Positions 1 to 10,778 of a DNA stretch of 64,000 nucleotides are shown here, one piece after another (the first letter of the stretch is position 1; every line of letters begins with the position of its first letter). Below the pieces are notes generated by a model that was not told the origin of the DNA, ran no database searches, and saw nothing but the letters and a program-made list of their open reading frames with translations. The translations under genes were made by a program, and so were the position numbers. Where the stretch lies: the NCBI RefSeq assembly GCF_011386835.1, contig NC_088806.1, positions 26,226,001-26,290,000 on the forward strand, given 5' to 3'. This DNA comes from Chrysemys picta bellii (Eukaryota).

Positions 1-82
1 CCTGCGCCCCCACCTGCTGCTCAGCTTCCCCCCACCCCACCGGCCCGGGCGTGCTCTGACCCCTGCTCTTTGCTCTCTGCAG

Positions 83-163
83 AAGAGCTATAGTGAGGTG
101 ACCCTGTTGGACTGCATGCGGCTCTTCACCAAGGAGGACGTGCTGGATGGAGACGAGAAGCCG
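83..163 (+). CDS. USP2: USP2 coding exon, 5th from last ([27 protein letters not shown]); the gene starts upstream of the window
   Basis: AG at 81-82, GT at 164-165; peptide closely matches human USP2 ([25 protein letters not shown]); phase 0/0. Confidence 0.97.
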
Positions 164-575
164 GTGAGGGAGGGATGGGTGGGCAATCGGTGGGAGGAAG
201 GGAGGGATGGGCAGGGATGGAGGGAGGGCTGGACGGACGGACAGGCAGACTGCTGTTTAGGGACCAGGAAATGTGGTACAGAGATCGTCACGCTATGGCT
301 CTGGGCCATTTGCCCACATCACAGTTTTGCTGTAGCAGTTGTCCCGCATCCCAGACCCATGGGAACGAGGCCGCCTGCCCTTAAGGTGGATGCCCATCTT
401 GGCTCAGGGACAGGCTTGGATCTGCTTGAGCTGGGCCCCATTTCTGCTAGAGGGTGGGCCTATTTGCTGAAGTTCCCCTGCGGGTGGCACCCTCGGGCCC
501 GGCCCAGGGGTCCTGGGTTCAGCCCCCCGGTGACGCTATCAGGATCCCCCTCTAACCCTGGTTTGTCTCCCCCAG

Positions 576-654
576 ACGTGCTGTCGCTGCAAAACCAGGA
601 CGAGGTGCACAAAGAAGTTCAGCATCCAGAGGTTCCCAAAGATCCTGGTGCTTC
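576..654 (+). CDS. USP2: USP2 coding exon ([27 protein letters not shown]), zinc-finger Cys pair of the catalytic domain
   Basis: cccag| acceptor 571-575, donor GTATCC at 655; frame continuous with flanking exons. Confidence 0.97.
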
Positions 655-933
655 GTATCCATCAGGCTCCCCGGAGCTCCCTGCAGCAGAGATTCCAGCA
701 CCTGGGCAGCATGGGGCGAGGGGGTTCTTGGGGCAAAGGGCTATGGGTGGGGCAAAGGGCTATGGGTGGGAGTAACCCCCCCACCCCCAGACACTAGCAG
801 ATCCAGCTTCTGCTGAGTGGGACATACCAGAGAGAGCCCGGGACCCAGCCCCAAAAGGGCAAAGGGCTCTGTGCTCATCTCCTCCCATCCATCTGTCCTG
901 GCCCAGCCCCCTTTCCTTGACTCCGCCCCCCAG
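655..933 (+). other. USP2: Putative U12-type (minor spliceosome) GT-AG intron of USP2
   Basis: 5' site GTATCCAT (consensus GTATCCTT); branch TTTCCTTGAC at 912-921 with the A 13 nt before the 3' splice site. Confidence 0.75.
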
Positions 934-1041
934 ATCTGAAGCGCTTCTCCGAGGCCAGGATACGAACCAGCAAGCTCACCACCTTCATCAGCTTCCAGCT
1001 GAAGGACCTGGACCTGCGGGAGTTTGCCGCACAGAGCTGCA
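934..1041 (+). CDS. USP2: USP2 coding exon ([36 protein letters not shown])
   Basis: cag| 931-933, |gtgagt 1042; conserved LKRF motif; phase 1/1. Confidence 0.97.
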
Positions 1042-1644
1042 GTGAGTGCCCTGGGTCAAGGCGGGGGCTGGGTGCGCTGGCACAGGGAGACAACATGCCC
1101 GTAACTGACGGGACAGGGCTGGGGCAGCGTCCCTCACAGCATCCCGCTGGCCATCAGAGGCGTGTCACAGAGCACCCCTGTCGCTAACCAGCGTGCCACA
1201 CTGCCGTGCCTGTCCCTTGATCAGACACACACCCGGCCGTGACCCTTCCCCCCTGCATGGATTTATTCTTCACTTACCAAGGTCAAGAAAACGGGTTGCA
1301 GCCTGCCAGCAAAGCAGACTTCCCCATAGCCACCTCTCCTCCATCCAGGCTGCCCCTCTTCAGCCTGCACCCTTCCCCGTGCTGCAGCCACCTCGAATCG
1401 GGCTCGGGCACAGGGAGCTTGGTGGCTGATCAGTCACCCCAAGGGAGCTGCCCCCCCTAGCTGCATGTCCTTGGTTGCCCGTGCACTCATCCCACAGACA
1501 GGGCGTGGGTACGTTCTGTCCCGTCTTGCCCCAGCAGAGGCTGCACAGCATGCTCTGTGCCTTGCTGCACCCCTCTACCCCACACCCTCGAGGGAACCAG
1601 GCAGTGATGGATGAATTCCCCAGCCTCCTAGGGACAGGTCCGTA

Positions 1645-1762
1645 TCATTAGCCTTGTATTTCAGGTGGGGAAATTGAGGCACAGGGCAAGGCAGTGACAC
1701 ACACAAAGCCACATACTAAGCCAATGGCAGAACTAAGAATGGAACTGTAGAGTCCTGGCCCC
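1645..1762 (-). mobile_element. MIR/CORE-SINE-like fragment
   Basis: Reverse of the core motif gcctcagtttcccc (ggggaaattgaggcac). Confidence 0.55.
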
Positions 1763-1999
1763 CCAATCACCTGCTCACTCAAGACCGCACTCCTTCCCCA
1801 AGCTGAGAATAGAACCCAGGAGTCCTGGCTCCCTCCCAGTCTCCTGCTCAGTCCTTGGGGTCTTGCTCTTTCTACCTTGCTAGTGGGATCCCAAGGGCCC
1901 ATTACCTGCCCGGCAGGGATTCCAGCAGCAGTGGTCCGGATGGGTGCCCTGGACCCTGCCCTCGCTAATTTCTGGGTTTGCTGTGCCCCACCCCTGCAG

Positions 2000-2120
2000 A
2001 CCATGCCGTTTACAACCTGTATGCCGTCTCCAATCACTCCGGGACCACCATGGGGGGGCACTACACAGCCTACTGCAAGAGCCCCGTGTCTGGCGAATGG
2101 CACACTTTCAACGACTCCCG
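2000..2120 (+). CDS. USP2: USP2 coding exon with His box ([40 protein letters not shown])
   Basis: cag| 1997-1999, |gtaagg 2121; catalytic GGHY and FNDS motifs. Confidence 0.98.
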
Positions 2121-2249
2121 GTAAGGCTGGCACTTGGCATCCCAGGCACCCATCCCACTGCCCATGTGGCATGGGGTCTGTATCGGCGTGTGGGGAGGTG
2201 GATGGGTATTGTGGGCTGATGTGGGGGACAGCTCTGTGGATTGAGGTGC

Positions 2250-2861
2250 CTGGGGGCTGCATGGTCAATGGGTGTTCTGGGGGGAGCTCTGTAGATGGGG
2301 GGTGCCTGGGGGCTGCACAGGCTAGGAGAGTTGTGGGGGTAGCTCTGTAGATGTGGGGTGACTGGGGACTGCACGGGCTGTAGGTGTTGTGGGGGTAGCT
2401 CTGTAGATGTGGGGTGACTGGGGGCTGCACAGGCTAGGAGAGTTGTGGGGGTAGCTCTGTAGATGTGGGGTGACTGGGGACTGCACGGGCTGTAGGTGTT
2501 GTGGGGGTAGCTCTGTAGATGTGGGGTGACTGGGGGCTGCACAGGCTAGGAGAGTTGTGGGGGTAGCTATGTGGATGTAGGGTGACTAGGGGCTGCACAG
2601 GCTAGGAGAGTTGTGGGGGTAGCTCTGTAGATGTGGGGTGACTGGGGGCTGCACAGGCTAGGAGAGTTGTGGGGGTAGCTATGTGGATGTAGGGTGACTA
2701 GGGGCTGCACAGGCTAGGAGAGTTGTGGGGGTAGCTCTGTAGATGTGGGGTGACTGGGGGCTGCACAGGCTAGGAGAGTTGTGGGGGTAGCTATGTGGAT
2801 GTAGGGTGACTAGGGGCTGCATGGGCAATGAGTGCTGTGGGGGGAGATCTGTAGATTTGGG
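2250..2861. repeat. 56-bp G-rich minisatellite, left arm (~10 units), USP2 last intron
   Basis: ctgcac recurs at 2313, 2369, 2425, 2481, 2537, 2593, 2649, 2705, 2761, 2817 (period 56). Confidence 0.95.
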
Positions 2862-4287
2862 TGTGATGGATTCGGTCTCAGGGACCCCCATGGAACTGCC
2901 ACCTGATGTGCTGAGACTACCTCTGAGCCTGTTTTCCCAGCGCCCAGTGTTCAGCCTTTCTGGGCAATTTGCAACTTGTGCAGTTCTAGCTTCTTCTGAT
3001 TTTCACTCTTACTTATTTTGCTTACTTTTCTGTCCCTTTTTCCCTTGCCCGAAATAAGCAAACGGAAAATAACAAACCGGTAACCACTTGGCCTGTTCTC
3101 CAGCCAGCACACTTAAACCTCACTTAAAATCACTACCAGCATTTCAAAGCAATCATCTGTGTACAGATGCTACTCGACTACACCACTGTGATGGGTTTGG
3201 TCACAGAGACCCCCTTGGGACTGCCACTTGATGTGCTGAGACTACCTCTGAGACTATCCCTGGCAGCTTAGGACTTCAGTACCCTGTCTTGTTGAGCCAG
3301 ACACGTTGCCTGCTGCAAACACAGACCCAGGTCTGAACCACATCCCCCAAAAGCTGCAGACTTAACTGAAAACAGCTTACAAAGTGCTCCTGTCTCTAGC
3401 ACCCAGATACCCAGTTCCCAATGGGATCCAAACCCCAGATAAATCCGTTTTACTCTGTATAAAGCTTATACAGGGTAAACTCATAAATTGTCCACCCTCT
3501 ATAACACTGATAGAGAGGTATGCACAGCTGTTTGCTCCCCCAGGAATTAATGGCTTACTCTGGGTTCATTAATAAACAAAAGTGATTTTATTAAGTATAA
3601 CAGGTAGGATTTAAGTGGTTCCAAGTAATAACAGACAGGAAAGTAAGTTACCAAGCAAAATAAAGCAAAACATGCAAGTCTAAGCCTAATACAGTAAGAA
3701 ACTGATTAGAGATGAAACCTCACCCTCAGAGATGTTCCAATAAGCTTCTTTCACAGACCAATCCTTTCCCCTAACTAGGGGATTTCTCATGATTGCAGCC
3801 CCCTTTGTTGTGGTTCCACCCCCTTATATAGCTTTGGCACAAGGTGGGAATCTTTTGTCACTCTGGGTCCCCATCCCTCCTTCTAAATGGAAAAGCACCA
3901 GGTTTAAGATGGATTCCAGTACCAGGTGACATGGTCACATGTCCCATGAGACCCCAGCCTCCATTCTTCCTGGTCTGACTCACAGGGAGCCTTGCAAGTA
4001 AACAGAGCCATCTACAGTCAATTGTCCTAGTTGATGGCAGCCATCAAGATTCTAAACCACCATTAATGGCCCACACTTTGCATAACTACAATAGGACCTC
4101 ATAGTTATATTTTTATAATCCTAGTTTCAGATACAAGAATGATACATTCATACAAATAGGATGAACACACTCAGTAGATTATAAGCTTTGTAATGATACC
4201 TTACAAGAGACCTTTTCCATGAAGCATATTCCAGTTACACTATATTCACACTCATTAGCATAAAATCATATGGAGTGCAACATCACA
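2862..4287 (-). mobile_element. Internally deleted LTR retroelement: full LTR 4287-3187, PBS 3185-3175, short leader, last ~66 bp of the second LTR 2927-2862
   Basis: TGTGATG...CATCACA termini; 66-bp LTR end duplicated at 2862 and 3187 (7 mismatches); flanks TTGGG/GTGGG; minus-strand TATA ~3830 and AATAAA ~3592; TGGTGTAGTCG next to the LTR. Confidence 0.85.
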
Positions 4288-4742
4288 GTGGGGTGACTGG
4301 GGGCTGCATCGGCAATGGGTTTTGGGGGAGAGCTGTAGATGTGGGGTGACTGAGGGCTGCACAGGCTCTGGGTGTTATGGAGGTAGCTCTGTGGATTGAG
4401 GTGACTGGGGGCTGCACAGGCTCTGGGTGTTGTGGGGGCAGATCTGTGGATGTGGGGTGACTAGGGGCTGTATGGGCTCTGGGTGTTGTTGGGGGAGATC
4501 TGTGGATGTGGGGTGACTGGGGGCTGCATGGGCTCTGGGTGTTGTGGAGATAGCTCTGTGGATGTGGGGTGACTGGGGGCTGCACAGGCTCTGGGTGTTG
4601 TGGGGGCAGATCTGTGGATGTGGGGTGACTGGGGGCTGCACCAGCTCTGGGTGTTGTGTGGGGAGATCTGTGGATGTGGGGTGACTGGGGACTGCACAGG
4701 CTCTGGGTGTTGTGGGGGGAGATCTGTGGATGTGGGGTGTTA
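4288..4742. repeat. 56-bp minisatellite, right arm (~8 units)
   Basis: Same period and backbone (gatgtggggtgactgggggctgcac) with a different variable segment (ggctctgggtgttgtg...agatctgtg). Confidence 0.93.
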
Positions 4743-4827
4743 GGGGGGCTCCTCCTCTACACCCCCCCCCCGGCTCCTGTGTCCACGCTTCCCTTCCTGT
4801 GCTGTGACCGTCGCTCTCTCCCTGCAG

Positions 4828-4915
4828 CGTCACCCCGATGTCCTCCAGCCACGTGCGCAGCAGCGACGCCTACCTGCTCTTCTACGAGCTGGCCAGCCCG
4901 TCTTCCCGCATGTAG
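4828..4915 (+). CDS. USP2: USP2 last coding exon ([29 protein letters not shown])
   Basis: cag| 4825-4827; AYLLFYE motif; TAG 4913-4915; matches the human C-terminus. Confidence 0.98.
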
Positions 4916-5274
4916 CTCCTGCCCCCCCGCTCGGCCCCCCAGGAGTCTGGCACAGCCACGCCGAGACGGGGAGACCCAGGACAGCCACGACTGTGGTGGG
5001 GATTTCTATTAATCAGTTCGTTTTTTTAAAAACAACAGAAGATGCAAGAGAAACCACCCCTAAAACAGGGCCGGCGCCCTGGCTGGGAGATAGGTTTCTC
5101 CTGCGCGGGGGTCCATTGTGGCTGAGGCTAAAGACAAGCAGAGCCCCAGGCCAATCGACGGCACAGACAGCGGAGAGGATGCCGGCACAGAGGGGGCTGG
5201 ACAGCTCGGACGATTCCTGTTGTTAGGGGCAGGGGTTGGATTCTTAGCTTGTTTTGCTCTTTTCTTTGGTGTGT

Positions 5275-5280
5275 AATAAA
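5275..5280 (+). terminator. Candidate USP2 polyadenylation signal AATAAA
   Basis: First AATAAA 360 nt after the stop, preceded by a U-rich tract; a more distal site is not excluded. Confidence 0.5.
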
Positions 5281-8074
5281 TGCCATGGGGCGCAGGAGCC
5301 TGCCTGTCCCGTTAACTCCAAGCAACCACCCCCTCCCCACCCTGGGGCAGAGACGAGTGGGGTTTGGGGACCCAGGAGTGCCTCCGTCTCGTCCTGGTGC
5401 AACCACACCATTTGGACCCTGCTGCTGGGGAACCCCGCCTGGAATTGCACTATGGAAACACCGCACCTGCTCTCCGGCTCGGCCCCACCCTGCTGCCAGG
5501 GCCTGCTCCTCCAAACCAGACTAATAGCCCGCCGCCCTTCTCCAGTAGCCCGTGGCAGCTTGACTGGTGGCTCTGCCTGTGGAGCAGACGTGGCAGCGAA
5601 TTATTGATTTGAAACTCCCTGGCCAGGCTATGACCGGGTTTGCATGGATGACGCCCGGCGGTGCACACAGAGCCCAGGACAGGTCCCAGAGTGACTGTTC
5701 TACCTCTCAGCGCTTTGGGGGACATTCTTGAGTTCATTTGTAATTGACTTTTCTCAGTCCACAGTGCCCATGCTGGTTTCCTAGGAGCCCACCTTGCTAG
5801 GAGCAGCGGGGATGGGGGAAGAGACTCCCTTTGGGTGGGTTTACCGGCCTGCTATACAACCGTGCCTTAAATCGTTTTGGGAGCAGCGAGGGGCATATGA
5901 GCTGAACTAATGTTCCCATAATCCTCTGTGGCATGCCCAGCCTATGCCATAGGGGCCTGCAGCTTTCTGGGAACCAGCTTTTTTGTGGGGGCTGTGAGCA
6001 CCTGGGGATGGTGAGCAGCAGCTTCTCCCTCCCAGAGAGGCATGAAGCCAGCCTCACTGGCCTTGCCCTGGACTGGCCCAGGAATCTCAATAGCCTTTTT
6101 AATCTTTTCTCTAATTTATTCTCTTCCTCCCAGCCACAGTCAGAGCATCTGGCTGCAGGTGGGGAAATCCCCACCAGCCCCTATGGCCGAGCAGCCCCCA
6201 GGCCCGCTCGGAGATACCCCCACTGGCACATTGAGTGGTGCCACTTGCCTGTTCTTGGCACAGCACTACAGGGGTATCCCAGCCTCTTTGCAGAGGCCCT
6301 GCTCCCCTCACCCCCCCTTGCCCCCTGCCCCAGGAACAGCTCTAAGAGGACTGACAGTAAGATTGAAAGGGACATTTCCCAGCTGCTCAGCCAGTGCCCC
6401 TTTCAACATGGCTGGGGCTGGGAGCCCCTGCTGCAGGGGAAGGATCAGGCCCTGTGGCTAGGGGAGCAGCCCAGCCTGCAGCTGGGGGAGGCTGAGCAGA
6501 GCAGTGTTGCTGGTTCGATTATTGCTTGTTTACTGTGTAAGCAAGATGCGGGGGCAGCAGAAGAGTCGAGTACAAGGGCCACTTGTACAGGAATAAATTT
6601 GAGCTTGACCACCACCCCCAGAGCTTTGCCTTGCTGTGTGTGCCCCAGACTAACGCCGCAGGACAGGCCGCCTTCGTCCCACCCTAACGCTGCAGCTCCA
6701 AGGCATGAGCTGAGGAAACCTACTGCAGGGGCAGGTTCGCCCAGCCAGCTAGGGGGCTCCTGCCACCGCTGGCTACTCACTGCTCGCAGGGGGCTACATA
6801 GAGCCATGCTCTGGGCAGAGGCACAGCTCTTGGCTGCCCAGAGGGCTTAGACTCCCACTGCCTACCGGAGCAGGACAGCAGGGCCTACACCAAGCTGGGC
6901 CTAATGCAGGCAGCAAGTTTCCCCTGCAGCCCCCCTGGGCCCTGCTTGGGCAGCATGAAACAGAATGGGAGCTAGGACGCCACTGCAAAAGAGACCCAGG
7001 GCTGGCTAGAGACGCAAAGAGCCAGGCCCATGGCAAAGCCCTTTGCTGTGACCCTCCTCCCCCTCACCACCCATTAACACGCCCCAGGCTTGGGAGCCCT
7101 AAGTACTGGACACTCCCCCTTCAGCTCAGCTCTCCCCAAAGCTCCTGAACAATGAGCCTTTTCTCCACTGCTTAGTAACTGAGAAACAGCTTCGCCTTGA
7201 GGGGCTGCAGGAATGTGACTGGCTGGGCCCTGGCGCCAGGCACTAGGGAAACGCTGCACCCAACCCAGCCAACTGTAAACACAACCAGGGGAATTAGCTC
7301 ACCCCACACCCAGCTCCAGCCCTCCTCCATGCAGGCCCATGGGACACTGGTGGCATCAGTAATGCCCTTAGTTCAGGGGCTATGGTAGCTTTATAGACAG
7401 GAACTGCCACCACAGCAAGCAGGTGCAGGGGACAGGCCGAGGCCTGGACAGAGAGCTTCCCTCACCCCTGGAGGGAGCAAGAGACAGGCCACAGGTGGGG
7501 CCATTGCTGGGGATCTCATGGGTGCACCACACATGAGCCCCTAAGGGGGCCTCTGTCCAGGGGAGCGAACAAGCAGCTTGAGGGCCAGGATCATGTCTTG
7601 GGAGGGACTCGAGACCATGGGAGAAGGCCCCAGGTCCACTTGACCCTGCAGCTGGGTTCCAGGCAGCACCCATCATTGACAAGTATAAAAAGATGCCAAC
7701 TTGAATTCCCAACGACTAATGCCAGTGCAACCAAGGAGGGCTAGGATCGGAGACGGCTGGGTTCTACTGGCTTGGCCACCAACTGGCTGCATTACCTTGG
7801 GCAAAGCAGGTGCACAGATGCCCCAGTGATAGCCACTAGGAAAATCATTTTCAAAAGTACACAAGTGACTTGGGAGCCAATGTCCCATTTTCAAAAGTGC
7901 CTTTGGAGCCATTGGTTTCCTAGGAGAGTTCTGCTCCTAACTGCAGCATCGGGAGAGGGGGGGGCAACAAAAAAAACCTCTATCTTGGTTCTTACAGGGG
8001 CTAACACTTCCTTATGTGCCTCAGTTTCCCCTCTGCAAGGCAGGGATAATAGCACTGACCTACTGACAGCTCCA

Positions 8075-8860
8075 CAGGATCTGTGCTCCACCCCCTGCTT
8101 TGGAACAGTCTCTAGGGAGAACCCTTTGGGGGACAGACCCCCAAGGGGTCTCACTTTTCCTGCAGAGCATAGGCTATGCAGCCTCATCCCCTCCTCCAAC
8201 TCAATCTCTGGGGCACCAGCACTCCTGCTTCACAGCGGGAGCCCTGTTCAGCAAGTCCAACTGGGAGATGTTCCTGGATAGACTTGGAGACCCCGCACCC
8301 CACCTTTGCAATGATTCAAGTAGCATTGTCAAAACAGTAGGTTTATTAGTCAACTGGAACACAGCACAGCAAGTCCTTAGGTTAGCAGTCTCCAAGGTCC
8401 TTCATGTTAGCCCAGAGCCCAGCCAAGCTGCAGTGAACCCCCTTTTCCAAGCGCTGTCATCTCTTTCCTCAGATCCCTGGTGAGCACCCAGATGCCTTCC
8501 AGCAGACTTATTCCCCCTCCTTCACACCTTCCCAGTCCTTGGTTCTTGAGCTCAGGGATTCTGCTCAGCTTCCCTGCAGAGATGTGGGGAAATCCATCTC
8601 CCTCTGGGGCATTGGTTGCTAGGTGTCCATGTCCTGGTGACGGGGTTTGCCATTGTCCTCTCAGATTCTCCATCGACAGGGGGTCAGCCTCCGCCAGTCC
8701 TTTAAGGACCCATTCAGGTTCTGACAGCTAGACACCAACCATGCTTATGTCTCTTAGCCTGCCCTGAGACAACAGTCTCCCCCAACCCCAGTAACCATGC
8801 AAAATAAAGGGGAAACTGAGGCACACATTGGCTAAATAAAATGACAAAACTCCATAGACA
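8075..8860. mobile_element. Solo-LTR-like element, same family as 17414-18151
   Basis: Shared blocks tggaacagtc, ggtttattag..ctggaacacagc and ggggaaactgaggcac; ends approximate. Confidence 0.6.
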
Positions 8861-8963
8861 CTGCTCTCTACATCTCAAGGATGGCAGAGGCTTCATAGAG
8901 CAATGTAAGATAGGGGCTCGGAGATGCTCCTAAGGAAGGTACTACATGATAAGCCTACCTTAC

Positions 8964-10007
8964 TGTCCCATTCTGGGGTGCAGTCCAGACCAGTGAGGGG
9001 TTGGATCACCACTTGCCCTGTAACCCTGAGTGCCTCACAGCTTTGCTGCTTTAGCTCCCAATTTGCCACTCCCAACCAGACTTCTAGTCACACCACAAGT
9101 GCCCGTTCATAGCTGCAACCTGGTGCAGCAACACCAGCTTTCAGCAGCCTTGGTTACTACTCTCAGGATGACCCCACCACACTCCCAGTCCCAGCTTTCC
9201 CCAAAGACGTGTGTTCTGCCCTGCCCAGCCCGCTCTTGGACAGTTCGGATCTTCATGTTTATTGCCCCGTAAAAGAGTCAACATTCAGTTTGTTGCTTTA
9301 AGTGGCGTTAAACAAACAGTTGGGTTTACAAACAGCACTGGATTGTTTTTGATTAACCACAAAACAAAGACGTAGGATTAAGTGAATTTGAGTGTAAGAG
9401 GTGAAATTAGCTACAAGCAAAAACGAGTGAACACATCTGCAAGTCTAACCGTCTAGCAAGTTTTGGTTCAAAACTTGGTTTGAGATGGTCTCACCCCCAG
9501 CCTTCCAGCAAGATGGGGACTGTCCCTTTCCTGGGTCAGGCTCCCTTCCAGAGACAAAGGTGCAGGTGCCTTGGTCTTCTTAGGCAAAAGAGATCGCTTG
9601 GGGTTCTCTGCCCTTTTATAGTCCAGGGAACCTTAGGAGTGGGTCCTGCTGAAGGTTACCCCTCAAAGCAAAGTTTCTGCAAGCTGTGAGGAAGGCAACA
9701 TGGAGTCTGGTGGGCAAAGAGGCCTCACGCTCCTTACAGTTCAGCCAAAAAGAAGGGGAAATTCTTCTGTTTCCTGCCATCTCCTCCCCCTGCTGTTTTG
9801 AGGACCCTGCTGCCCTCAATTTGCACACAAGTAAACACATTCCCTTCTTCAGGACAGACCACTAACACCTTTGCCTAGGCAGGACTGTGGCATTTTGAAC
9901 ATGTCCCATTGTACAGGGGGATTTCATAACTTTACATCAAGTTATTAGTTTTCAAATGATCCCTCACACGACCTATTTTGTGCAATGGCATGTAAGGGGT
10001 GACTACA
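8964..10007 (-). mobile_element. Solo LTR just upstream of MFRP
   Basis: TGTCCCA start, GACTACA end; minus-strand TATAAAA ~9620 and AATAAA ~9260; no TSD or PBS recognised. Confidence 0.6.
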
Positions 10008-10259
10008 GGGGTGCTTTCCACCACCACCACTAATACCACAGTGTAGCCACTTCTGGGGTGGAACACGACAGCCGCTTACCATCCCTCAGCACCACTGCAC
10101 AGTGCAGGGGAAGCAAGGCAGGTCATCTCACCCACGTCATGGGGGACCCCTCTGTGCATCCCAGATCTGGCTGCATGAGCCACTAGGGTCCTCAGATCCC
10201 GGGGAGCACCAGTCCAACCAAGGCAGCTCAACGGTGCTGTCCCTTTAAGACGCCTGTTT

Positions 10260-10724
10260 GCCATGCCAGGGGACTTGACCTCAGCATCCTCAGCTGAGTT
10301 GGATTAAGGGGGAGGAGGGGTTGGTGCTTGGGCTGGTTTTTTAATGCTTTTAAAATTCTCACTCCCAAGCCGCTTTCCCAGCCCCCTCCCCCTGGAGCCC
10401 AGGACAGCCATTCCTTGGCTTCCAAAGTTTGGTACCAGCCAAAGCCGCCAGCCTGGCCATTTACAGTCCCCGCAGCAGGCGGACTGAGCTCACCCAGAGC
10501 TGAGTTTCCTTGGTTAGACTCCCAGGGCTGTGGATGTTCCTGGTGAAGGATCGAACCCCAGTCACGGCCCTTGGAAGTGGCTTTGCGCTGTCGCAGTGAT
10601 TAGGAGCAACCATGCCCATGGCAGAGGGGCCATGGAAGGGGGCCAGGGCCCACCAGATCCAGAGGGCAGGGAATGCATCGGGGGAGCAATTCTAGCCAGA
10701 TCCTGCCAGGAATCACCCCCAGCG
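10260..10724 (+). promoter_or_regulatory. Putative MFRP proximal promoter / 5' leader with OTX2/CRX-type sites
   Basis: TTAATCC (reverse, GGATTA 10301-10306), CTAATCA (reverse, TGATTA 10597-10602), E-box CAGCTG 10291; directly upstream of the ATG. Confidence 0.45.
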
Positions 10725-10778
10725 ATGAAGGACTTCACTGAAATCACGCTGTGCCCCGACAGGCTGGAGCAGAGTAAG
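10725..10778 (+). CDS. MFRP: MFRP exon 1 (MKDFTEITLCPDRLEQSK)
   Basis: ATG 10725; 18 codons like human MKDFSDVILCMEATESSK; donor AG|GTACGG. Confidence 0.93.

Noticed and set aside
1648-4833. Pro/His/Gln-rich minus-strand ORFs (1648-2430, 2108-2542, 4283-4585, 4375-4833)
   Set aside because: Translations of the 56-bp intronic minisatellite, antisense to USP2.
5933-6850. 305-aa plus-strand ORF after USP2
   Set aside because: No recognisable domain; composition typical of stop-poor GC-rich DNA, overlapping repeat-like sequence.
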